DNA from: a virus | Lineage: Duplodnaviria > Heunggongvirae > Uroviricota > Caudoviricetes > Demerecviridae | Virus record (IMG/VR): IMGVR_UViG_2706796127_000001 | Location: 1-64,000 of that record | Length of the DNA: 64,000 nt | Direction: 5' to 3' (one strand) | Shown here: one piece after another, positions 25,953-34,922 of the stretch | Layout: every line of letters begins with the position of its first letter | How positions within the stretch are numbered: the first letter of the stretch is position 1 | The notes under the pieces: generated by a model | What the model was told of the DNA's origin: nothing | Databases searched by the model: none | The model's input: only the letters and a program-made list of their open reading frames with translations | Made by a program: the position numbers and the translations under genes

Positions 25953-25954
25953 AT

Positions 25955-26383
25955 ATGTTCAATAATGTATTCTCTAAAGAAGCTAACCCAATTTTGGTTA
26001 ACTTTTGGCGTACTCTCCCAGCTAGCCTGTATAATGAGGCTATTAACTCCTTGAAAATATGGTGTGAGAATAACGAAATCTCCTTTGCTTTTAAAGATGA
26101 TATTGATGAGGCTCCCTGTATTGGTTTAATTGTTCAGGTAGAGGAGGGTCTTGAAGAGATTGTCGGCTGGAAAGAGTTAGATGAAATGGGCTTAGTTTTT
26201 GCGTTAAACTATAAGCTGTTTATGCCTGCTAAGCATCGCCTTGTTGTTAACTATAAAACTAGTGAATCTCCTGGTTTTCAGGTTAATGAACGTTATGGTT
26301 GGTCTTACTCACCGGAAGAAGTAAATGAGGGGATTCAGAAACTTCGACGTTTCGGGTATATGATCCCAGGTTTAACTGCTTAA
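25955..26383 (+). CDS. hypothetical protein (142 aa), tandem paralog of next gene
   Basis: It shares the blocks PCIGL...ELDEMGLVFALNY...PGLTA with 26393..26785. Confidence 0.4.
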   Translation: MFNNVFSKEANPILVNFWRTLPASLYNEAINSLKIWCENNEISFAFKDDIDEAPCIGLIVQVEEGLEEIVGWKELDEMGLVFALNYKLFMPAKHRLVVNYKTSESPGFQVNERYGWSYSPEEVNEGIQKLRRFGYMIPGLTA

Positions 26384-26392
26384 GGAGGCAGA

Positions 26393-26785
26393 ATGGAACA
26401 AGTATATTGGCGTCAGATTGATCCTAGTTTGGTGAAACGTGCGGAAAAGCTGCTACAACGTTGGTTGGGGGTAAGACAAGCCTCCTTCACTTTTCCGGAG
26501 CAGCAAATAGATGATCCCTGCATTGGCGTTTTCCTATCCGGCTACGCCGGGGAATGGGAATTGGATTGGAATGAATTGTCTGCTATGGGCTTGATTGTTG
26601 CCCTAAACTTCTCTATATTCCATCCACGTGGTTTGGCCATATGTCGTGTGCCTGATGACGGTTGTTCGCCCCATCTTTTACAGGTGGAAGATGATATTTG
26701 GGAGTACACTCCAGATATTCTCAAAGAAGCTAAAGAACAATTAAACCATGTTGGGATCTATGTTCCGGGATTAAGTGATGAATAA
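26393..26785 (+). CDS. hypothetical protein (130 aa), tandem paralog of previous gene
   Basis: The blocks DDPCIGVFLSG...LSAMGLIVALNF...VPGLSDE match the previous gene. Confidence 0.4.
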   Translation: MEQVYWRQIDPSLVKRAEKLLQRWLGVRQASFTFPEQQIDDPCIGVFLSGYAGEWELDWNELSAMGLIVALNFSIFHPRGLAICRVPDDGCSPHLLQVEDDIWEYTPDILKEAKEQLNHVGIYVPGLSDE

Positions 26786-26969
26786 AGAATATTGGGTATG
26801 TTATGGTAAAATTAAAAAGTGGAATAAGGGTCAACTTTCAGCTAAACAAGTAAAATTTATGGCGAGATATTTGACTGATCCCACTTTCGATATTAAAAAG
26901 TTAAGTAGCTCAAACCGCGCTATTATACTTAAATTTGCTAATACTATTCGTGGTATTTTAAGTGTCTAA
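26775..26969 (+). CDS. hypothetical small basic protein (64 aa)
   Basis: ORF immediately before a terminator. Confidence 0.3.
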   Translation: MMNKEYWVCYGKIKKWNKGQLSAKQVKFMARYLTDPTFDIKKLSSSNRAIILKFANTIRGILSV

Positions 26970-26977
26970 TCCATATA

Positions 26978-27004
26978 ACCGAGTCATTTTGGCTCGGTTT
27001 TCTC
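26978..27004 (+). terminator. rho-independent terminator
   Basis: The hairpin ACCGAGTC-ATTTT-GGCTCGGT is followed by TTTTCTCT. Confidence 0.55.
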
Positions 27005-27045
27005 TGTGCTCAAAGACACTGATAGCATTCTCTTTAAAAATCTAC

Positions 27046-27074
27046 TTGCATGATGCTCAAAATCTTGCTATAAT
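27046..27074 (+). promoter_or_regulatory. strong promoter TTGCAT-17-TATAAT
   Basis: Perfect -10 element with a 17-nt spacer. The downstream sequence ATTTATATTGAGTTGAGAGAC resembles the family box. Confidence 0.6.
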
Positions 27075-27079
27075 ATTTA

Positions 27080-27671
27080 TATTGAGTTGAGAGACATTAG
27101 TAAAAATTGATTTTGCTAATTTTTCTTAGTGAAGCTGACAAGGGATTTACGGCGAGAGGAATCGATGACCCGTAAATAGCTGCATAAGGTACGTTGCTAG
27201 AGCTTTACGAAAAAGTTTTTTCTTGTTTACAATCCGCGATACGGAACAGTTAGGCTGCCCCATTAAGGGTTGTTTTAACTGTTACGTGTTGGTTTTTAAA
27301 CAAATAGTTAATAGAATACTTAGCGATCTGCGTCCCGTAGGAACCCTGGTAAGGCCTCGAAGCAACCTAGTGTGAGGTGGTTGTGAAGTGAGACGGGAGG
27401 AGTGAAAAACTACCGAGAAGTGATGACGTAAGGTATACTGCATCTAGTATGAGCTAGTACATGAAGCATTAGGTGAGCAAATCTGGCTTAGCGGCCATCC
27501 TCAAGGATTTGTGCGGTATAGTGAAGCGGCAGCGCAGCGTGAAAGGGGAAGTTGCCACCCCCCTTCAGTATTTGCGATTAATTTGTTGAGAAATTGACAG
27601 TAACAGTTGTTCTATTCTTTCTGAATAGTCCTAAAGAAAACTTATTTCATTTCCAACACAGGAGTATTGTT
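27080..27671 (+). ncRNA. ~590-nt ORF-free, hairpin-rich leader / candidate structured RNA or replication-origin region
   Basis: No ORF of 60 aa or more occurs on either strand. Several perfect 8-bp inverted repeats are present, including ATTTACGG/CCGTAAAT and AACAGTTA/TAACTGTT. The region also has G/C-clamped stems and GNRA-like loops. GC content is higher than the flanks. Confidence 0.3.
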
Positions 27672-30461
27672 GTGTTCTCAATCCTACAAGGTCATGCAGG
27701 ATTTCATCGCGACTTAGCCACAGGCATTTGGCGAGAAGTTAAAGCAGAAGACTATCTTTTTGCTAAAAGATTTTCCTCAAAGCATCCTGAAGGTAAACCA
27801 GCTTCAATGCCCTTCAAGTTTGATGTAATTGATGAAGTTGATCCTCAAACCCTAGTAGAAATGCTCCCTCTTATGAGACGTTTAACGTCTGATCCTCATA
27901 TTGTTGCGGTACGAGGTCGATGTCTTGCACCTAAAAATAATGTGCGACGTAAGAAGGGCAACTTTAATGTATCTAACCCAAGTCATATAATTGCAATGGA
28001 CGTGGATGGTATTGTAGATACAGGTGGTTGTAACAAGTTTGATCTTGTTGGCATGGCTCGACATATTATTAGGATGTTAAATAGTATTAGTGAGGATATG
28101 TTTCCTCTTGATGCAGGGTTTATCGCTCATGCATCGTCTTCGGCTGGCCTAAAACCAGGTATCCGAATGCACTTAATACTAGAATCTAATGTTAAAGTAA
28201 CTCAGGGTCAAATCAAGTTCTTATTTACATCTATCAACGAAAGTAGTAGACAAAAGTATGGCTTTGATATTGCCGACTTAGCTTATTACTCTTCCGTACA
28301 GCTCCATTACTTTGCAGATCCTTTATTTACTGATGGTATAGTCGATCCGTTTAAGGCGGAGGGTGCTTCACGTCTGGTATTTGTTAAAGGTTCGAAGGTA
28401 AATTTACCTAATAATCTAGTTGACTATGAAACAACTAGAGGAGAGTTTAAAGAGGAATTTTACTCCTTACTCGATCAAATTAAAGGTAAAAAGGCTGCTT
28501 CTGATAAAGTAGAGGAAACTATCAGCGAACTAGAAGAAGCTGAGGATGGAGTGTATCTACGTATTATTCCTAAACTCTATCACAGGGCTTTAGAGGATGG
28601 TGTTGATTTTGCATGGCTAGAAAAAGAAATCCGTCCAGCCTTATCAGAATATATTGCAACTAAAGATAATAGTCGTAATATTCAAGACTACTTTAATAAC
28701 GGTCGTAAACAGGCTCTGAAAGCGTTTGTTAATAATTCTAAACGCGATATACCTGATGTTTTAAAAGGTATTCCACTTAAAAAGCTAGAAACTAATTCTC
28801 TAGAAACTGATAACTTCTTGAAATTAAATACTGTGCCACCAGAAGGTTATATGACTTTTGTAAAAGCAAGTCTAGGTACAGGTAAAACTACGGCGGTTGT
28901 GCGTTGGTTAGATTCGGGAGTTATTAAAGGTAATTTCTTAGCAATTACCAATACTAGAGCGCTGGTGTCTTCAAATGCTAAAAAATTCAGTGCAGGACAA
29001 TATGATAAGTCTGTAGATATGCTTAATTTTAAGCGTGGCGCTATTGACCGTATGTCCACAACTATTCACTCTTTGCATAAGTTCAAGAGTTTTATTGGTC
29101 AAATTGATGCAATCTTTATCGATGAATGTGATGCTGTAATGAATGACCTATTATTCGCCCCGGTTGTTAAACAACGTCGTGAATGTATTCAGGTTCTTCG
29201 GGACATTCTTGCAACTGCAAAAATCATTATATTATCTGATGGGGATATTAGTGCAGAAACCATTGAAGCATATGGTTCTTTGATTGAGTTTGATAAACCG
29301 GTTGCATTTTATAATCATCACCGTAAAATGCTATCAAAAGCTCATGCTTATGAGTTCCCGGATGAATCCAGTATTTGGGTTGCACTTCAGACTTCTCTAG
29401 AGATGGGTGAGAAGTCTATCCTAGTATCTGACTGTGGTCCAGATGAACTGAATGAGAAGGGCATGGCATTGCGTCGTAATACTGGTGCGTTAGTTAAGGA
29501 AATCCACTCAAACTCTACGTCTGATGTAGATATTAGACGTATTCTGGATTACACAACTAATGAGCTAATTGACCAACAAATTGATTGCTTATTATGTAGT
29601 CCATCCGTAACGAGTGGTGTTGACTTTAACTATTTTGATAACGTATTCGTTATCACTAGAACTAGTAATCAAGCGCCAAACATGCGTTTTCAAGCAATCA
29701 GGCGCGACCGTGGCGCTCAGAACATTTATTATTTTATTGATAAATCTACGAGTGGATTCTCCGCAGGTTCTGAGCAATATAACATTGATGAAGGTTGGCT
29801 GGAGTTAGCACAGCAATTATACGCACGTCGTAGGGAGCTGGAATCTAGGAACTATACTAGTACTTTACGTTATTACTTGCTTGATCAGGGTGCAACTATT
29901 GATATTTTCAGTGAAAGCTGGGGAACTATCGAAGGTGCTGGGAAGGAATATACGGAAGAGCGAATCAAAGCTATTTTGTATTCAACTCCTGATTATTGTG
30001 CTCCACGCCATGCAGATGCGTATGAAGCTAAACTACTTCTTGTTCGCTACTATCATCTTGAGTCTATTAAAGATGTAACAGTTGAGCATGTTGAACAATA
30101 TATCAAGGATAAACCGAATGATCGAGCGGCATTTTTCCATAAAATGCACGAGATGTTCTGGGAAGATATTAAGAAGTGTTCAAATGTCACTATCAAACCA
30201 TTCATAGAAGCTCTGAAAGGTAAAAAGAAAGATTTCTTCCTTAAAACAGGTCAGAGTGCTAACCCAAAATATGCGAGAATGTATCTTGGTATGATGGGTA
30301 TTGGTAAGGATATGAATACGGAGAATATTGTAGACTGGTACAGAACTTATTGTAAAATCGAGTGTATGCCAATCCCATATAAGTTTATGACTGACGAGGA
30401 GAAACATATGCATGATGAAGCAATGGCAGAGCTAGGTGCTAGAAATGACAGTGAAGAATAA
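27672..30461 (+). CDS. SF2 helicase-like replication initiator / origin-binding-protein-type ATPase (GTG start, ~929 aa)
   Basis: Walker A is SLGTGKTTAV and motif II is IFIDECDAVMND. A ribosome-binding site GGAG sits 7 nt before the GTG at 27672. The ORF-track TTG start at 27594 is less likely. Confidence 0.55.
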   Translation: MFSILQGHAGFHRDLATGIWREVKAEDYLFAKRFSSKHPEGKPASMPFKFDVIDEVDPQTLVEMLPLMRRLTSDPHIVAVRGRCLAPKNNVRRKKGNFNVSNPSHIIAMDVDGIVDTGGCNKFDLVGMARHIIRMLNSISEDMFPLDAGFIAHASSSAGLKPGIRMHLILESNVKVTQGQIKFLFTSINESSRQKYGFDIADLAYYSSVQLHYFADPLFTDGIVDPFKAEGASRLVFVKGSKVNLPNNLVDYETTRGEFKEEFYSLLDQIKGKKAASDKVEETISELEEAEDGVYLRIIPKLYHRALEDGVDFAWLEKEIRPALSEYIATKDNSRNIQDYFNNGRKQALKAFVNNSKRDIPDVLKGIPLKKLETNSLETDNFLKLNTVPPEGYMTFVKASLGTGKTTAVVRWLDSGVIKGNFLAITNTRALVSSNAKKFSAGQYDKSVDMLNFKRGAIDRMSTTIHSLHKFKSFIGQIDAIFIDECDAVMNDLLFAPVVKQRRECIQVLRDILATAKIIILSDGDISAETIEAYGSLIEFDKPVAFYNHHRKMLSKAHAYEFPDESSIWVALQTSLEMGEKSILVSDCGPDELNEKGMALRRNTGALVKEIHSNSTSDVDIRRILDYTTNELIDQQIDCLLCSPSVTSGVDFNYFDNVFVITRTSNQAPNMRFQAIRRDRGAQNIYYFIDKSTSGFSAGSEQYNIDEGWLELAQQLYARRRELESRNYTSTLRYYLLDQGATIDIFSESWGTIEGAGKEYTEERIKAILYSTPDYCAPRHADAYEAKLLLVRYYHLESIKDVTVEHVEQYIKDKPNDRAAFFHKMHEMFWEDIKKCSNVTIKPFIEALKGKKKDFFLKTGQSANPKYARMYLGMMGIGKDMNTENIVDWYRTYCKIECMPIPYKFMTDEEKHMHDEAMAELGARNDSEE

Positions 30462-30678
30462 AAAATGGGAAACAAGGAAGTTCCCAGTAAAAGAACGTAA
30501 AGTTCCTGTTTACGACACTTCGGAAAAGCTATGTAGGGTGGTACCGCATAGATTAGCTGGCATCCCTAACATATCCGAGTGGTTACTTAAACAACGGAAA
30601 ACAAACGTGTCTCTTCGCATCGGCTTTGAGTTAGATAAAGTCTATGCTGAACTTGCTTCTTTGCTCAAGGAATCGTAA
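30436..30678 (+). CDS. hypothetical protein (80 aa)
   Basis: ORF overlapping the end of the helicase gene. Confidence 0.3.
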   Translation: MLEMTVKNKKWETRKFPVKERKVPVYDTSEKLCRVVPHRLAGIPNISEWLLKQRKTNVSLRIGFELDKVYAELASLLKES

Positions 30679-30686
30679 AAATTTAT

Positions 30687-30715
30687 TTGCTTTCAGGAAA
30701 ATTTTTCTGTATAAT
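30687..30715 (+). promoter_or_regulatory. phage early promoter (TTGCTT-17-TATAAT)
   Basis: The downstream box is AGATTCATAAATTTGAGAGAGGAG. Confidence 0.6.
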
Positions 30716-30746
30716 AGATTCATAAATTTGAGAGAGGAGTTTAAAT

Positions 30747-31451
30747 ATGGCTGGTTCTCGTAGAAAAAAACACATTCATGAAATCCCGGATGAAGTCTTT
30801 AAAAAGGTTATAGAGCATCTGGAGAACGGTGGTACTAAGAAAGCAGCATGTGAAATGCTCGGCGTATCATCCAATCCAACTATGGAAAGGATGATTGAAG
30901 AATGGCAAGACCGCCAGATTCAAGTTGCCGAAATGAAGAAAAAGAAACGTGGCACACTCATCGAAGGCATCGAGTTAGCTAACGTTATTGAGCAGTATTT
31001 ATCTGGTGATTCTTTCGAAGAAATTGCCGATCGTAATTACCGCTCTGTAGCAATGGTTAAATCTGTTCTGGAACGATATGGTGCTCTACTTCGTTTGAAC
31101 GATATTGTAGATCCATTGAATCCTCCGATTATTCCTGATGATGCTGTAGCAGAAGAATTTGCAGTTGGTGAACTTGTTTGGGTTCCTGGATACCAGTGTA
31201 TCGGTGAAATCAAAAAAGCAATGGATAATCCTGTTGGTTGCTACCGTGTATGGCTTCTATCAGAAGGCAAACAACAGAACGTCCATTATATGAATTACGA
31301 GCTGGCTTCTGTTAAACATCTGGAAAAGTTAGGGGTTGACGTAAAATCTCTAGGATACAAGTGGACTCGTGAAGAAATTATTACGTTGATTAACGAAGCT
31401 GTTAAGGCTGCCCTGAAACTTGATAAAGAAAAAGGAAAACGCCGTGAGTAA
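30747..31451 (+). CDS. HTH DNA-binding protein (234 aa)
   Basis: The helix-turn-helix reads GGTKKAACEMLGVSSNPTMERMIEEW. Codon usage suggests high expression. Confidence 0.5.
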   Translation: MAGSRRKKHIHEIPDEVFKKVIEHLENGGTKKAACEMLGVSSNPTMERMIEEWQDRQIQVAEMKKKKRGTLIEGIELANVIEQYLSGDSFEEIADRNYRSVAMVKSVLERYGALLRLNDIVDPLNPPIIPDDAVAEEFAVGELVWVPGYQCIGEIKKAMDNPVGCYRVWLLSEGKQQNVHYMNYELASVKHLEKLGVDVKSLGYKWTREEIITLINEAVKAALKLDKEKGKRRE

Positions 31452-31674
31452 GCTAACAGATTTGCTCAAAGCTGGGGACGTAAAATATCTCCAGCGAGAT
31501 TGCTGGAAAAACGATAAAAACTTTACAGTGGTTTTAGAATTTAACGTAGAGCAGGGTACAGTGACCGAACATGTGTGGGAGAACGGTATGGAATCCCCAC
31601 TTATCCGTCAAGTAAACCTTACCCTAGAAGAAGCTCTAGCGGATGATTGGGAGATTGTTGAGCTAGATGTGTAG
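31420..31674 (+). CDS. hypothetical protein (84 aa)
   Basis: ORF coupled to the previous gene. Confidence 0.35.
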   Translation: MIKKKENAVSKLTDLLKAGDVKYLQRDCWKNDKNFTVVLEFNVEQGTVTEHVWENGMESPLIRQVNLTLEEALADDWEIVELDV

Positions 31675-31780
31675 CAATTACTGAAAAATTTCAGTTGCTT
31701 AATCCTATAATTCTTGATATAATATTCTCATAGTTTGAAAGAACTATTCTGTTTAATTCTTAATTAAGGAAATATAAAAT

Positions 31781-32191
31781 ATGACTACTCCAACTCAGTG
31801 GACTGATGAACTGTTCGAAAAAATGTCTTCCGAATACGTTGCTCGTATGGAGCAATTTCCAGAGGATGAACGTCCGGGTGTTAGTATGGAAATTGTTAGC
31901 GAAATTGCCCAGGAAAATGGTGTAACTCCGAACGGTTTTCGTATGAAGCTGACTAAAGCAGGTTTGTATATCAAGAAAGCTGCTGGCTCTGCTTCTAAAT
32001 CTAGCGCATCTACTGGAGAAAAAGCTTCTGGTGGTTCTCGTACTTCCAAAGCCCAAGCTCATGCCGATCTTCGTTCAGCATTCTCTGATGCTGGCCTAGC
32101 ACCAGATTTTCTGGATGATGCAATTATCGACAAACTTACCGGTAAAGCGGCTGCTCATCTGGCAGAAGCAATCCGAGCTATCACTAAGTAA
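31781..32191 (+). CDS. hypothetical protein (136 aa) with Ser/Ala-rich linker
   Basis: A ribosome-binding site TAAGGAAA precedes the gene. Codon usage is E. coli-optimal. Confidence 0.45.
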   Translation: MTTPTQWTDELFEKMSSEYVARMEQFPEDERPGVSMEIVSEIAQENGVTPNGFRMKLTKAGLYIKKAAGSASKSSASTGEKASGGSRTSKAQAHADLRSAFSDAGLAPDFLDDAIIDKLTGKAAAHLAEAIRAITK

Positions 32192-32206
32192 TAAGGGGGA
32201 TTAAAA

Positions 32207-32497
32207 ATGACTAAGCAAGAAATTATCTCCGCATGTGAAGCTCATAATGAATTTTATCTTCATTACGAAAAACTCCGTCAAAAAGGTACTACGTATCTTC
32301 AGGGTACTATGGATTTTTCTGATAAGTACCTAAGTAAACGTTTTGCTCAGGAGCGTATCCGTCAACCAAAAGATGACGAAATCCTTGTCTTCTCTCGTAC
32401 TAATGATAGCTTCCGATTTATCCCCGTAAATAAGGTGAAACGTATCACTTCATTGTCTAGTGAACTTGATAGAGCTACGCCAGTAGGCAAAAAATAA
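32207..32497 (+). CDS. hypothetical protein (96 aa)
   Basis: A ribosome-binding site AAGGGGGA precedes the ORF. Confidence 0.4.
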   Translation: MTKQEIISACEAHNEFYLHYEKLRQKGTTYLQGTMDFSDKYLSKRFAQERIRQPKDDEILVFSRTNDSFRFIPVNKVKRITSLSSELDRATPVGKK

Positions 32498-32504
32498 TAA
32501 AGAA

Positions 32505-32531
32505 AAGGAGAGCTTCGGCTCTCCTTTGTTG
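32505..32531 (+). terminator. rho-independent terminator
   Basis: The hairpin AGGAGAGC-TTCG-GCTCTCCT is followed by TTGTTG. Confidence 0.55.
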
Positions 32532-32544
32532 TATATGGGTTATA

Positions 32545-33210
32545 GTGAAAAAGTTAACAGTAAAGCAAATAAATAAAGAATTAGAGCCGCGAGGTTTTAG
32601 TATAGTAAGTGAGTGGATTAACATAAGAACACCCGCTATATTTAGATGCTCAAAAGGCCACCGGTGGAATGCACACCTAAATAATATAAGAAAAGGCAGT
32701 GGTTGCCCACATTGTAGCGGTAAAGCTAAACTTACTATTGAGCAAATAAATCAACAATTAGCCAATAGAGGCATAAAACTTATACCCCCCTATATCAATG
32801 CGCATAGTCAAGCAGTATTCGAGTGTGCAGAGGGACATAGGTGGACTAGTAGTGTGGATAAAGTTAAAAATGCAGGAAGGTCTTGTCCTATTTGTGTAAC
32901 TACAAGCTATTTGTATATATTCTATAGTCCACGGCTAGGAACAAAAATAGGAACATCTAAAAGTCCAGATAGAAGACTTTTAGAGATCAAAAAAGATTCT
33001 AATCTGGAGGACTTGAGTATATATGGAGTATACTCTTGTGATGAATCAGCGTATAATCTAGAAAATAAAGCTCATAGATATTTCTGTAGTAGACAATTAT
33101 TTAGGGAATCTATATTCGATGGTTCCACAGAATTTTTTAATATTAGACCAGAGGAGGCAGAGGAATATCTCCTAAGTCAGGGAGCAATAAAATGTCGGGA
33201 GATAATGTAA
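32545..33210 (+). CDS. free-standing endonuclease-like protein (2x Cys4 zinc ribbon + T5orf172 domain), paralog of 21469..22140
   Basis: The repeats are CSKGHRWNA...GCPHC and CAEGHRWTS...SCPIC. The C-terminal domain reads YIFYSPRLGTKIGTSKSPDRRLLEIK...GSTEFF. It has a GTG start. Confidence 0.55.
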   Translation: MKKLTVKQINKELEPRGFSIVSEWINIRTPAIFRCSKGHRWNAHLNNIRKGSGCPHCSGKAKLTIEQINQQLANRGIKLIPPYINAHSQAVFECAEGHRWTSSVDKVKNAGRSCPICVTTSYLYIFYSPRLGTKIGTSKSPDRRLLEIKKDSNLEDLSIYGVYSCDESAYNLENKAHRYFCSRQLFRESIFDGSTEFFNIRPEEAEEYLLSQGAIKCREIM

Positions 33211-33503
33211 ATCAGGATTATGTTGGACATGTAGATGATCAGTCCATAGTTATCTGGGAAAGAGAAGATGGCCAACAGGTTAGGCTAACTGTATCTGAGT
33301 TTAGGGGGAATCTATACTTAGGAATTAGGTACTGGCTCCAAGATATAGAAGGTGAATGGTTTCCAACAAAAAGTGGGTTCAGTATGCCATACACTCTAGA
33401 AACAACATCTCATTTATTTAAGGCATTTACTAAAATATTATCTAATAGTGAGGTTTTATTAGAAGTAGAAAAAGAAGCTAAACGCCTGGCGGAAAAAGAA
33501 TAA
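33192..33503 (+). CDS. hypothetical protein (103 aa)
   Basis: ORF overlapping the end of the previous gene. Confidence 0.4.
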   Translation: MSGDNVNQDYVGHVDDQSIVIWEREDGQQVRLTVSEFRGNLYLGIRYWLQDIEGEWFPTKSGFSMPYTLETTSHLFKAFTKILSNSEVLLEVEKEAKRLAEKE

Positions 33504-33509
33504 ATGTAT

Positions 33510-33538
33510 TTGCTTTCAACTCAGTTTTAGTATATAAT
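33510..33538 (+). promoter_or_regulatory. phage early promoter (TTGCTT-17-TATAAT)
   Basis: The downstream box is ATTTATATAAATTGATGAGAGGA. Confidence 0.6.
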
Positions 33539-33567
33539 ATTTATATAAATTGATGAGAGGATCAATT

Positions 33568-33756
33568 ATGAACATAACACTTCCAAAAATTCAAGCAAAG
33601 TTAAACCTAGTATCAACTGCTAGAAATAACTATCTAGATAACTTTGGTGGAATCAACGATAAAGCGTACAAAGATGCGTGGTTGAAAGAAGCGCAAGAGT
33701 TAGCCGATCTCACTACTCAGTATAATAAAGAACTACAGGTAGAAATGAATGACTAA
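33568..33756 (+). CDS. hypothetical small protein (start refined to ATG 33568)
   Basis: A ribosome-binding site GAGAGGA sits 7 nt upstream. Confidence 0.35.
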   Translation: MNITLPKIQAKLNLVSTARNNYLDNFGGINDKAYKDAWLKEAQELADLTTQYNKELQVEMND

Positions 33757-34720
33757 TGTAAAAGACTTTATTAAACGTTGTCAAGAAGCATATTACCAGG
33801 GAATGTCTTTAATCTCTGACGAAGAATATGATCGTCTGATTAAAAGATTTCCATTAGAAGAAGAAATCGGGCCTAAGGGTGATATTCCACATCTGTATCG
33901 TATGTATTCTTTACAGAAAGTTTATTATAATCGTGGAGATAAACCTCCGTTTAACCCATTAGGTCAGGTAGAAACTGATAAGTTAGATGGTTGTGCGATT
34001 TCTCTGTTATATATTAATGGCGAATTTGTTCAAGCACTAACTCGTGGTAACGGTATTCTAGGGAATGATGTCACAAGCAACGTAAGATTGCTGAACATTC
34101 CTAAAAAGATTTCCCAAAAAGTACCTACTCAAATCACTGGTGAAGTTCTAATTACAAAAGAAGTAGAAAATAAACGTAACTTTGCCTCTGGTGCTATCAA
34201 CCTCAAAGATAGTGATGATTTCATGCAACGTATTGGTGAGGGTGGTTTAATCTTTGTTGCATATGGTATCCAGTGTTCTGCTGAATCTGTAGGTATTACA
34301 GAAACGTATTTAAAAGATATGCTTTGGCTAGAGAATGAGAACTTCTTAACAGTTGTTAATGTGCGTTCCTTCTTTAAATGGATTCCGACGGATGGTAAAG
34401 TTGTTCGTATTAATGACAACAACAAATTTTTCCGAGAAGGCTGGACTAATAAATTTCCTCGTGGAGCATTCGCTATTAAAGAGGATGAAGAAGGCGAGAT
34501 TACAACTCTTACTAAAGTTGAATGGCAGGTAGGGGCTTCTGGTAAAGTAACTCCAGTTGGTTATTTTGAACCGGTAATTATTGATGATGCTACAATTGTT
34601 AAAGCGACTCTTAATAACGTTGATTATATTAACTCTCTTGATCTAGAGATCGGTTGCCAGATTCGAGTAATTCGTGCTGGTGGTGTAATCCCGTGCATAG
34701 TAGAGCGAGTATACGATTAA
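33749..34720 (+). CDS. ligA: NAD-dependent DNA ligase, N-terminal (adenylation + OB) fragment
   Basis: The protein has the KxDG active-site motif ETDKLDGCAISLLY. The NAD-ligase Ia/adenylation blocks are present. Confidence 0.75.
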   Translation: MTNVKDFIKRCQEAYYQGMSLISDEEYDRLIKRFPLEEEIGPKGDIPHLYRMYSLQKVYYNRGDKPPFNPLGQVETDKLDGCAISLLYINGEFVQALTRGNGILGNDVTSNVRLLNIPKKISQKVPTQITGEVLITKEVENKRNFASGAINLKDSDDFMQRIGEGGLIFVAYGIQCSAESVGITETYLKDMLWLENENFLTVVNVRSFFKWIPTDGKVVRINDNNKFFREGWTNKFPRGAFAIKEDEEGEITTLTKVEWQVGASGKVTPVGYFEPVIIDDATIVKATLNNVDYINSLDLEIGCQIRVIRAGGVIPCIVERVYD

Positions 34721-34863
34721 TACATAACCCTTTGCTACCCATCTACCATATCGGAATTATAAAGTGGTTATTGACATTTTCGCCACTTAGGTATATACTA
34801 TTATCATTCAGTTGAGGGATAGAAAGTTATGGCGAGGGTAAGCAAAGTTAGTTAAAATTGTAG

Positions 34864-34892
34864 TTGCTAAATGCTTAAATACTTGCTATAAT
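34864..34892 (+). promoter_or_regulatory. phage early promoter (TTGCTA-17-TATAAT) between the two ligase ORFs
   Basis: The downstream box is ATTTATATAAATTGATAAGGAAG. Confidence 0.6.
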
Positions 34893-34922
34893 ATTTATAT
34901 AAATTGATAAGGAAGAAATTTG

